Below the pieces are notes generated by a model. That model ran no database searches, was not told where the DNA came from, and saw only the letters and a list, made by a program, of their open reading frames with translations. A stretch of DNA of 55,767 nucleotides, the filler included, from Stramenopiles sp. TOSAG23-2 (lineage: Eukaryota): assembly GCA_900128395.1 (NCBI GenBank). It is 4 parts of 4 records of this genome, joined end to end, with 100 filler letters (N's around TTAATTAATTAA, not from the genome) between each part and the next. Parts side by side here need not be neighbours in the genome. Positions count along the whole stretch, not along the records: positions 41,986 to 55,767 come from LT649784.1; 3 more parts are not named here. The stretch is one strand, 5' to 3'. Position 1 is the stretch's first letter; each line of letters begins with the position of its first letter. The translations under genes were made by a program, and so were the position numbers. Positions 46,129 to 55,767 of the stretch are shown here, one piece after another.

Positions 46129-46601
46129 AAATTTTAGAAAGGAAAAAAGTATATGTATGTATTTTTATATATTTTATCTTAGTCGTCTAATTTTGAATTT
46201 ATTTTATCACGATGTGCCTATACCTGGTGGTAGGTATTACAGTAATACAGTTATATATAAATACCTGTTATTGTATATTTAATAATACCGTACCCATAAT
46301 AAGCTGCTATATAAAAATACCAGCGCAATAAGCTTGTGGTAAAAAATAATAATAATAAGATTAATATAATAATCTTTTTTATTGTTGCACGCTTGCTGGC
46401 TTGCTATTATATAATATATTTATAATTATTTATATATAATCTTCTTATATTTAATAATCTGTAAAAACTAGATATAATATATATAATCTTATATTTAATC
46501 TTAATAGTAAACATAGTATTTGTTAATATAATACATTAATACCTCAATAAAATACACATGAAAAACATATATAGTAAAAAATCTAATCGGCGGGTAAAAC
46601 A

Positions 46602-48035
46602 ATGAACGATAATGAGAAGAAACGAAAAATAACAGATACAACATGTGCTCCAATATTAGCTATTGGTTTGATGTCAGGCACTTCACTTGATGGAATTGAT
46701 GCATCAATTATATATACTGATGGAGAGAAAATAATAGATTTAGGTGCGTGCATTGAAATCAAAATGCCAAAAAACTTGCGTGAAAGGTTGTTAGATCTTT
46801 CAATTAAGTGTAGAACGGATATTAATTTTGCTAGAGAATGTGCTCAAAAGCAATTAGATGGTCGAAATAGTGATGAAATAAAGAAACTGGAAATAGAACT
46901 AACAGAATTACATGCCAAGGCAGTAAATAATCTATTGGCAGAGCATAGGAAAAATATGACAGAAAATCCAGAGTATTTAAGCAAAATACAACAAAATAAC
47001 AGCAGTAATAACCAGAATGTAAGAGACGAGACAAAAGTTTCAATAATCGGTTTTCATGGACAAACCATATTTCATTATCCAAAAACGGACAATAAATCAC
47101 AAACTGAAAGTAGGTTCACATGGCAACTAGGCGATGGAAAATTATTATCAAAATTATCGGGGATTAAAGTTGTATCTCAATTCCGTTATCAAGATGTGAA
47201 AGCTGGTGGTGAAGGCGCACCATTAGCACCGTTGTATCATGTTGCACGCTTAAAATCTAATTTAAACGGCAAAGATGATCACCAAACCAATATGAACAAG
47301 AGGACGAAAGTTGCATACTATAGATTTGGAGATTCGCTTGATAATAATTACAAGAATAAGGCCATGAACAATCGGAATGCCAAAGCTTCTAACTTAATAG
47401 TCCCAACTGCAATTGTTAATATTGGCGGTGTTTCTAACGTGACATTTGTTAGAAGTGGTGATAAGCCGCCTTTAGCATTTGATTGTGGTCCTGGCAATGC
47501 TTTAATCGATGATTGGGTGCGCTTTAAAACAAATAATAGTAAAAATTTTGACCAAAATGGTGAATTTGCATGCGATGGAAAAATACATGAAGACATCATA
47601 AATCATGCTTTGCATGCACACGGGCAGTATCTTTCCAAAATGCCACCAAAATCACTTGATCGAAACGAATTCCAGAATTTATATAAAAATGTTTCAAGTG
47701 AAGAATTAAGTGTTGAAGATGGTGCTGCAACTTTAACCCGTTTTACCGCTTCTTGCATCGCACTAGCTGTTCGTTTTTTAGACAAAGAAGATATACCCAA
47801 AAAATGGTTAATTTGCGGTGGTGGAAGGAAAAATCAAACTTTGATGCAGCACTTGAAAGAAGAATTATGCACAACGGAAATAATCAATGTCGATAAATTA
47901 GGCTGGCGAGGGGATGCTGTTGAAGCGGAATGTTTTGGATATTTAGCAGTGCGTGTGTTTTATGATAAATTTACTTCTCTTCCATCAACCACTAATTGTA
48001 AAAATCCCGTTTGTGGTGGTATTATAGATGAATAA
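46602..48035 (+). CDS. anmK: Anhydro-N-acetylmuramic acid kinase (AnmK/levoglucosan kinase family)
   Basis: GLMSGTSLDGID, GFHGQT, GGEGAPLAP, NIGG, FDCGPGNALID, PPKSLDR, CGGGRKN, VEAECFGYLA. Confidence 0.92.
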   Translation: MNDNEKKRKITDTTCAPILAIGLMSGTSLDGIDASIIYTDGEKIIDLGACIEIKMPKNLRERLLDLSIKCRTDINFARECAQKQLDGRNSDEIKKLEIELTELHAKAVNNLLAEHRKNMTENPEYLSKIQQNNSSNNQNVRDETKVSIIGFHGQTIFHYPKTDNKSQTESRFTWQLGDGKLLSKLSGIKVVSQFRYQDVKAGGEGAPLAPLYHVARLKSNLNGKDDHQTNMNKRTKVAYYRFGDSLDNNYKNKAMNNRNAKASNLIVPTAIVNIGGVSNVTFVRSGDKPPLAFDCGPGNALIDDWVRFKTNNSKNFDQNGEFACDGKIHEDIINHALHAHGQYLSKMPPKSLDRNEFQNLYKNVSSEELSVEDGAATLTRFTASCIALAVRFLDKEDIPKKWLICGGGRKNQTLMQHLKEELCTTEIINVDKLGWRGDAVEAECFGYLAVRVFYDKFTSLPSTTNCKNPVCGGIIDE

Positions 48036-48517
48036 AAAAAAGAAAATGAAAATCTTTAAATGAATTATTTAAAAATAATATGAATAATATGATATTAAAA
48101 TGTATTTTTCAAAAAATAAATAAAATTAAAAAATATACAAAATGGGTGTTCTTTTAATACTCGTACTAAAGAGCATACGCTTTCGTACACTAATGATGTG
48201 TATAATATTTAATATTATATAGTTTTTGTAAGACGATTTCAAAATATTTTCAAATAACAAAACGGTTTTTTACAACTCTCTCTCAGTATCTCGTGGTGGG
48301 TGGTTCTCTCTCCTCTCCCTCTAAATTCTTCGTGTCGTATACTGTGTAATGATTTTTATTTCATATCTCTCAATACATGTATGACACAAAACACTCGGCT
48401 CTGTACATGTAGTGAAAAACGACATAAGCAAAATCTTTCTAAAAGATTTTTTTTTATATGTTCTTGTAGCTAATAAGTTTACAAACACTATTTGTACCAA
48501 TTGCGTAAAATAACGTT

Positions 48518-48928
48518 TCATGGTGAGCGTGCCGATACAACGTATGATCCATCTTCCTTATATTTAGTGTTGGGAGTAAAAGGTTTTCGTCCGTAGTTCT
48601 GTTCCGGCTTAATTATATTTACATGTTTATTAGTCTTTACTTTTTTTCCCTTGGTATCATATTTTTTACCTAATCCTGGAGTCATTTCCCATCTTTTGTG
48701 TATTAAACCAGCAGAGTACTCTGTTTTAACTTTTCTCGTCATTTGTATACAAGTTTTATGAGCAATATCAGTTGCATATACTCGTAAATGCATAGGCCAG
48801 CTTTTTGGAAATGGTTGCCGTGTAGTTTGTATTGTTATTTTGCCGCAAATGCAACAACCTACATTTTTCAATTTGTCGTTTTTCGGCGATTGGGATGGGG
48901 TTTGGCATTTCCTTCTAAGTGTTGACAT
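48518..48928 (-). CDS. Small basic hypothetical protein with a possible Zn-finger (CxxC...HxxC)
   Basis: 136-aa ATG ORF with coding-like composition; TACCAGGTA motif about 175 bp upstream. Confidence 0.5.
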   Translation of the reverse strand: MSTLRRKCQTPSQSPKNDKLKNVGCCICGKITIQTTRQPFPKSWPMHLRVYATDIAHKTCIQMTRKVKTEYSAGLIHKRWEMTPGLGKKYDTKGKKVKTNKHVNIIKPEQNYGRKPFTPNTKYKEDGSYVVSARSP

Positions 48929-49893
48929 TATTTTTGTTCTTCTTGTTTATTGTAAGTCTTGTTCGATATGATAACACTTTGTTGATTATAAATTTGCATT
49001 TTATTCATCTTTTCGTATTATTATAAGTTTCTATAATTTAATATTGGCAAAAGTATATAGTATTATTAATTAATATACTATACTTTTGAGCTACTACGTA
49101 TTACCAGGTAGCTACTAGATTTTCACTGCTATAATATGTCACTTATTAATATATCGGCTATTTTATTTTTATAACTCCTCTTTTACTTTTGTGTGCCTGG
49201 TGTGCTTTAGCTTTTTACTTTTTACTTTCTCCAGCTATCTGGCTGTCCAGCTGTCCAGCCTGGTGCCTTGGCCAGCTGTCCAGCTTTTTCCGGTTGCTAT
49301 TTATAATATGTATAGTACCTCTCTGGTATTTAGTACCCATTAAAGGCTTATAGACTACAGTACAGAGGAGAATAGGAGAATATAAATATTACTGTAATAC
49401 CATCAAATAGTATTACAATACTACTATAACTTAACTACCTATAAGTAGTCTAGTATTACGTATTACTAAAGGAAAACGTAGATTTGGTATTGGACCAGGA
49501 AGATCTATATGGTGTCCAGAGAAGTCTAGTATATCTATAATCGTCGTAATAAGTATCTAATAATATAATTATTTTGTAATATAATAACATGGCGGCTTCT
49601 TAAATCTTAAATGTACATATCATATACTATCATACTATTAATTACAATATATAGTAAGATTTAGATTGGTAGTAGATTTGCGCAAATATCGCATCATCAT
49701 GTAGAGGCCACTCTGCGGACACCAGATATCATCTTGGCAAAAACGCTGTAAAACAGCGAAATACTAATATAACACAAAGAAAACGAAAAAGACTAAAAAT
49801 TTATTTTGAACATTTTTATAAATACTCAATATGATGTATAAATTTTTATGAAGACAAATGGCATGCAGATACGTGGTGAGAACATCTCTGTAT

Positions 49894-50748
49894 TTAACCT
49901 TCGTCAGAGCCAGATTCCTCCTCTTTTCCGTCTTTATTCTTATGTTTACTATGATGATGGTGATGATGGTGATGATGATGATGGTGGTGGTGCTTGCCAT
50001 CTTTACTGCTTTTATGGTGATGGTGGTGATGATGCTTATGCCCATCTCCCTCCTCCAGCTCTTCATCATCTGCTAGTAAATCAAAATTGTTTATTTGATC
50101 TTGCAATTTTCCTATTTCGGCATCAAGTACATATGCTTTGTTTTTTTTCTTCTTCTTTTTTTTAACATTATTTTTTGGATCTTTATCATGATGATCATGT
50201 TGATGAACTATTGTATTCATATCTTCCTTTAAATGGTTCAATTCGGTCAATAGATTAGCATTTTCTTTATCTTTTTTAATTTTATCCAAAATTGCTCTAT
50301 CTTTCTTAGCTTTTGCTGCTTTATCTCTTTTCCTTTTTTCCTGTACTTCTTCTGGAATACCACCGAGAAAAGCTGCACTACTTTTATGGATGCCAAATTT
50401 TTTTAATTCTTCTTCTGTGTGCTCATGCAACTTACATACGTCAATAACCCATTCATCGAATTGTTCATCCGGTAAATCTTTATAGGCTAAAATATGCTTA
50501 CTTATAAACTCATTCTCATGTAATACGTAATTATGATCTTTGTCTAACTCTTCAAACTCGTCTTGTATCGCTTTCACTTCTGCGTTATTTAAATGAGCAG
50601 CTGTCGTTAACATTTCGTCAAGTGTCAATACACCATTTCCGTTGGCATCCAAATGCTTGAAAACAAGATGCAATTTCTCTTTCCGTTTCAAACCTACTAA
50701 ATCTTCTGCTTTAACAGCATTTGGATCGGATGATGCGCATAAGCCCAT
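49894..50748 (-). CDS. N-acylated EF-hand protein with a poly-His tail
   Basis: MGLCAS N-terminus; EF loops DANGNGVLTLDE and DKDHNYVLHENE; K7 run and His runs. Confidence 0.8.
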   Translation of the reverse strand: MGLCASSDPNAVKAEDLVGLKRKEKLHLVFKHLDANGNGVLTLDEMLTTAAHLNNAEVKAIQDEFEELDKDHNYVLHENEFISKHILAYKDLPDEQFDEWVIDVCKLHEHTEEELKKFGIHKSSAAFLGGIPEEVQEKRKRDKAAKAKKDRAILDKIKKDKENANLLTELNHLKEDMNTIVHQHDHHDKDPKNNVKKKKKKKNKAYVLDAEIGKLQDQINNFDLLADDEELEEGDGHKHHHHHHHKSSKDGKHHHHHHHHHHHHHHSKHKNKDGKEEESGSDEG

Positions 50749-51447
50749 AATCTAAATTTGATTATCTGTTTCAATTATTAAATAATTGTAGAATAATGCT
50801 TTTGTTAGAACTCTTTTTATATTATATGAATTGTATATATATTAAGAATAGCTGTTGGTAATATTTGAACGACTATTTAATATTACATACATATTATAAT
50901 ACCAGGACTCTATAAAATATAATAATAATAATACTACCAGAGGAGACGACTACGAGGTAATACTTCTATTATTGATAATAATAAGTGCATAATGTACCAG
51001 CGTAGCCAGATAGCAACTTAAACATAGCACACACTAACAATGTAAAAAAGCTGATGTGCTCTCACTCTGTTCTCTTTGGTATAATACGTAATTTATTATA
51101 AGGTACTATGAGCTACTATTTCTATGCTATTAGCTGGTATTTTCATAAGAAAAAACAAAGAGAAAACAACGCGTGTTGTGTTGTGCTGTTGCTGTTGTTG
51201 CAATAATAAAAAATAATAATAAAAACGTTATAATTATAAATTTTATAAGAAACATATTATAAATTGCACAATTCGAAATAAATTAGACATTGACGACTAA
51301 ATATTAGATAGGGATAAGTCCAATATCGATATACAACGAAAGAAATATAAATACTCAAACAAAAAACTTTTCTGGTTAACATATAAATTAATAAAATAAT
51401 TGTGAGCAAGTTCATTAACATTATCTGCTGTATGTCTTCTATGTAAA

Positions 51448-53838
51448 ATGCCAATAAAAAATAAAAAAAGTAGTTCAAAAACAACAACGTCACCTTTGAA
51501 AACTCAACAAGAGAACATTATTATTCCCCCATCACCCTCGACAACAATGAATCCAATAACTGCGAATAATAATCATGATAATAATACTCAGAGCACTTCT
51601 ACTGTCAAATCGAATGCATTGCCATCGACAGATCCACTACATGAATTACAACGACTAGGTGGTGTTTCTTCAGTATTGAAATTATTGGACTCCAGAAAAA
51701 CAAATTTACGAGAAACAGCTGCTTTAGTATTATCAAACGCAACATTTAAGCATAAAGATGTATGTAAAACTATTGTAAATGCAGGAGATGAAGCGTTGAG
51801 TCCACTGGTGGAACATTTAAGTGACGAAATTGAAATCGTTTCTTTAAACGTTACTCGTGTTATTGCTAATTGTACCACATCGTGCGATACAGAAGAAGAA
51901 TCATTGTTGATGTCCAATACTTTACGCACATTAGGTGGTATACGCTTATTAATTGGCGGTTTAGCTGTGAACAGTACAAACGTTATAAAACCAACTTTGC
52001 TTGCACTTGGAAATATGTGCTGTGACGACACTGTACTATGCAATGATATTAGGGAAATGGGAGGATTAGAGTCGTTGGCTTTATTATTGGAATCGGATGT
52101 TACTGTGGTACAAGATAATTCTTTGAGTGCATTGTTAAATTGCTGCCAAGGTAATAAAATGAATTGTGAAGATGTTTCCAGACTCGGTATTGTTAAAACA
52201 CTTATTGAAATTATTAAAGAAGGTCCATTATCGCCGCAGCGTAGACATTATAAAAAAGATGCCATGTCCATCGTGCGCGAAAATGCGTTGCAATTATTAG
52301 CTAATTTAACGAAACATGTACGACTTGTTTGTGAAGAGCTATATAATAATAATGGTGTTGATATTTTTGTGTCTTTATTAACTTCGCCAAAAGTAAAAAT
52401 GCAAGAGTTGGGCTGCAGAACATTAATGCGTTGTGCGGAAGCAACTGTATCAATTAGGAAATATTTTAAAGGGAAGAAGAAGAAGAAGAAAGACGACAGT
52501 AGTAGCAATGACAATGTCATGAAAAAAAATGTTGAGGCTACTGAAAATTTGAAATCAACATTGCTCCCTGCAATTCCATCAGGGGAAGAAATTCGTACTA
52601 TATTACGTTCACCAAATTGTTTAAAACATTTAATATGGATGACAGATCATAAAAAAAAGAAGAACATCCAACGTTGCGCGCGCAAGGCTATTGGATATTT
52701 GCGGGAAGGTCCAAATGCGTCTCAATCGTTACTTCCATTCATTGAACAAGGTGTCGTTCCAATTTTACATACGTTAACAAATTCCCAATTTGAAGCAACA
52801 AGAATCTTTGCAGTAGACATGTTGGCTTGGATGAAAGGTGAAATCAAAGGTGGTACATTACAAATATTGATACGTACATTAAATATGCAAGGAAACGAAG
52901 AATTACGCGGACATGTAGCCGTAGCTTTAGTTCACTTGGCATTTGATAAAGCTAGTGTTCGTTCACAATTTGTTCAAAAAGGTGCAATGGATGCTACACT
53001 TAGTATGTTACGTAAAAAAGAAGGTAGAGGGCCAGCTTTAGAGTTTTTAAATGCACTGGAGCCATTGTTAAACAAACATTTACAAGAAGTCGTAGCAAAT
53101 ATAGAAAAAGTTTCCAACAAAGATCCACCACCTAAAAAATCATCATTATTATTTAATAATCCAAAAGGTGCAGATGCTATGCTTAAAGTTATCGTTGAAA
53201 AGGATCCAACCGAGCCAGTCTTAAAATTTAGACAAAATGATCAACGACAAACACTTTGGACAATTCATGTACACCGCGCAATTCTATCACAACATTCTGC
53301 TGTCTTTAAAGATTTTTTTAATGAAAAATTAGATCAATTTGAATATGAAATCAAAGTTACTGCAGTTGAACCGTTTAGAGCAATTGTACAATATTTATAC
53401 AGCGGTGATTCTGAAATTTTATGGACACGAAAACGTGGTGCACAACTAAATAGCAATGATAAAAAAGTATCCAGTGGCGATCGCGTCGGTTGTGCAGAAG
53501 TAGCAGCAAAATCTATGCTACTCGCATCTAAATATGGTATAAAATCTGCAAAACGAATTGCAGCAGAAAAAGCTTTAACACTTATTGAAATAGACAATGT
53601 TGTCACAGTTTTGCATAGTAGTATTAAATGTAAAGAATATGAACTTAGTAGTGTCTGTTTTTCTTACATTGTGGAAAATTTCGTGCCATTTTTAAGATCA
53701 TCAAATGGTAAATCTCAATTAAATGTTATGATTGGGTTGATGCGAACTTTTATAACAGAAGCGGTTGCAGGTATGGAAGTTTTGGAGATGAAGAAGCGTA
53801 GTGGTAATAATAGTAAAAAGAAATTAGTACGAGTATAA
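51448..53838 (+). CDS. Armadillo-repeat plus BTB/POZ protein (ARIA/ABAP1-like architecture)
   Basis: Repeated GGxxxLxxLL..ALxN ARM units; BTB motif HVHRAILSQHSAVF..FRAIVQYLYSG; BACK-like end. Confidence 0.85.
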   Translation: MPIKNKKSSSKTTTSPLKTQQENIIIPPSPSTTMNPITANNNHDNNTQSTSTVKSNALPSTDPLHELQRLGGVSSVLKLLDSRKTNLRETAALVLSNATFKHKDVCKTIVNAGDEALSPLVEHLSDEIEIVSLNVTRVIANCTTSCDTEEESLLMSNTLRTLGGIRLLIGGLAVNSTNVIKPTLLALGNMCCDDTVLCNDIREMGGLESLALLLESDVTVVQDNSLSALLNCCQGNKMNCEDVSRLGIVKTLIEIIKEGPLSPQRRHYKKDAMSIVRENALQLLANLTKHVRLVCEELYNNNGVDIFVSLLTSPKVKMQELGCRTLMRCAEATVSIRKYFKGKKKKKKDDSSSNDNVMKKNVEATENLKSTLLPAIPSGEEIRTILRSPNCLKHLIWMTDHKKKKNIQRCARKAIGYLREGPNASQSLLPFIEQGVVPILHTLTNSQFEATRIFAVDMLAWMKGEIKGGTLQILIRTLNMQGNEELRGHVAVALVHLAFDKASVRSQFVQKGAMDATLSMLRKKEGRGPALEFLNALEPLLNKHLQEVVANIEKVSNKDPPPKKSSLLFNNPKGADAMLKVIVEKDPTEPVLKFRQNDQRQTLWTIHVHRAILSQHSAVFKDFFNEKLDQFEYEIKVTAVEPFRAIVQYLYSGDSEILWTRKRGAQLNSNDKKVSSGDRVGCAEVAAKSMLLASKYGIKSAKRIAAEKALTLIEIDNVVTVLHSSIKCKEYELSSVCFSYIVENFVPFLRSSNGKSQLNVMIGLMRTFITEAVAGMEVLEMKKRSGNNSKKKLVRV

Positions 53839-54195
53839 AATAAAATAGAAAAGAGTATTTTTTTAGTTTTAGTTATGTGCATAGTTGAATACTTTGTACA
53901 ACTTATATGATATGCATATATGTGCTTCTCCCTGGCCTTTTAGCTGGCTGAAATTAAGGTCTTTAACATTACTATTCTCACGTAGTAGTCGTCTGGTAGG
54001 CACCGCCTGGTATGCATCCCTTAATCATCCTTAGCACCTTACTATATGGATTTGTTGTTTCTAATAATATGTATTAATACTAATAATGTACTCTGGTACA
54101 AAAAATCTAATAATGGATAGAAATGAAGTAAAGAAATATAACATCCTTTTTCTTCCCGTCCAGAGAAACAAACAATATTTTTTTTGAACCAGAGA

Positions 54196-55419
54196 ATGAA
54201 GCAACTATTCGCTGTTTTAGCACTTGCACTTATAATTGGAGTTGGTCCAATTATAAAAAAATTTTCATATGGTGAAAATTTTCATCCAGAGTATGATTCG
54301 AGAGTACCTACTGCATTTATGGAAATAGGCAAATTAATTATTTCCTATGGTTATGTCATTTCAGAACGAAAGGCTGGTAAGAGTATATGGCGGGAATGTA
54401 TGGACATATGGACATTATCGCCAGTATCGTATTTATTGAAATTTTGTATACCTGCAATTTTTTATGCACTTACAAATAATTTAACGTTCGTATTGCTCGA
54501 GTTAGAAGCTCCAGCTGAATTTGTATTATTGTGGAATTTTAAAGTTGTTGCAACCACGTTTTTGTTATCATTTTGGTTGAAGCGTAAATATACATCAATG
54601 CAATATCTTGCCATCTTTACTTTGGTATTAGGCATTATGTTGACTCAAATTTCTCACTTTAAGAATGAAAGTAATACATCTAAAAATCCAAGCTCCTCAA
54701 CGACACCCACTGTATCAGAATCGCAAACAAAATTTGGAATTGAAAAGGTATTTGGTGTTATGCTTGGCCCTTCCTTGACCATCATAGGTGCAACAGTAAC
54801 TGCATTTACAAATGTCTATTGCGAACATATTTACAAGCAGAAAGATACCCCTGTATATGACCAACATAGGAAATATGATGATAGTTTTTGGATGAAAAAT
54901 GTTAAGTTGTACACTTTCGGTGCTATAGTTAATTTAGGAAGTTTTTTTATGTATGAGCTGAAACAAAATAAACCTGAAAGTTTATTTCATGGCTTTAATA
55001 TTTGGGTTTATATTACCATTCTCACGGGCTGTACAAGTGGATTGCTAATTGGTATTATTATGAAAATAGTAGATAATATAGCAATTATACATGCTGATGG
55101 TATAGGTACTGTTTTGACTACTATACTTTCCATTATTTATTTTCATTTAGTTTTAGATTTTTTCTTTGTGACTGGTGGTATAATTATTATAGGAAGTATA
55201 TATTTGTTTCACTCCAATAAATTAAATAATTTGGCATGTTTCAAAATTGCTGGTAGGAAATATGAATCGTTATCAACAAATGCATCAATTAATAATGATG
55301 GAGATGAGACGACTGTTGTTGTTACAAAATTTAGTGATTCTGATCAAATAGAAAATAAAGAAAAAAATTTAGAGGAAGAAGAAGACGATAGTACTGAAGA
55401 GACTCCACTAATTGTGTAA
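54196..55419 (+). CDS. Nucleotide-sugar transporter (SLC35A family)
   Basis: EIGKL, IPAIFYALTNNL, NFKVVATT, VYCE, NVKLYTFG, MKIVDNI. Confidence 0.88.
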   Translation: MKQLFAVLALALIIGVGPIIKKFSYGENFHPEYDSRVPTAFMEIGKLIISYGYVISERKAGKSIWRECMDIWTLSPVSYLLKFCIPAIFYALTNNLTFVLLELEAPAEFVLLWNFKVVATTFLLSFWLKRKYTSMQYLAIFTLVLGIMLTQISHFKNESNTSKNPSSSTTPTVSESQTKFGIEKVFGVMLGPSLTIIGATVTAFTNVYCEHIYKQKDTPVYDQHRKYDDSFWMKNVKLYTFGAIVNLGSFFMYELKQNKPESLFHGFNIWVYITILTGCTSGLLIGIIMKIVDNIAIIHADGIGTVLTTILSIIYFHLVLDFFFVTGGIIIIGSIYLFHSNKLNNLACFKIAGRKYESLSTNASINNDGDETTVVVTKFSDSDQIENKEKNLEEEEDDSTEETPLIV

Positions 55420-55767
55420 GACATTGTGTAAGATCCTTCTGTTTCTATTGTTTTTTTTTTTATTTTTATATATTCTCCATCATAATTTATACTCTCTATT
55501 ATGAGAATATCAACACACTAGTGTGAGATAGATATGCATATTTAAAAAATTCTCTTATAAATAATATATTCCATTATTTATATAAAGTACGTAATATTAA
55601 ATGTACGTACGCGGTATTTTAGTTTTTTTATTCCTACTCATGACAATTCCTACTCTCAAAAGAATACAGTGACTGAGCCAATATTAATATCAATCTCACA
55701 AGATGTGTCGATAATTTCCGTAACAGAAATTACCGATGAGGTAAATAGATGTTATCAACCTATCATT

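Noticed and set aside
49660-49765. Possible structured ncRNA (cgctgt-aaa-acagcg hairpin)
   Set aside because: Only short stems, no recognisable family motifs, and it lies in the 3' flank of the EF-hand gene.

Overview
AT-rich, gene-dense, intron-poor eukaryotic nuclear DNA, most likely from a heterotrophic protist (stramenopile-like; this is an inference). It is not one locus: four contigs are joined by artificial N44-TTAATTAATTAA-N44 linkers (13944-14043, 27974-28073, 41886-41985). About 27 protein genes are recognisable. They include DASS and SSS transporters, ATG1/ULK, a METTL13/EEF1AKMT4-like methyltransferase, CMS1, VPS26C, GDP-fucose synthase, GT4, an EGF-repeat protein, kinesin-14, a GH10 xylanase, SEC14-GOLD, an H+-PPase, ARM-BTB and an SLC35A transporter. 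Several genes are bacterial-type: a tandem ABM-membrane protein, a RhaEW-like aldolase/SDR with a PTS2 signal, and AnmK. There is also a UbiA/MenA-DoxX fusion. Non-coding highlights are (1) a terminal-inverted-repeat element present twice, each copy carrying a different insert, one being a Copia fragment with its PBS; (2) a TA-flanked mini-MITE; (3) a recurrent intergenic palindrome TACCWGGTA. Several exact tandem duplications and a head-to-head junction of two truncated genes suggest amplification or assembly artefacts.
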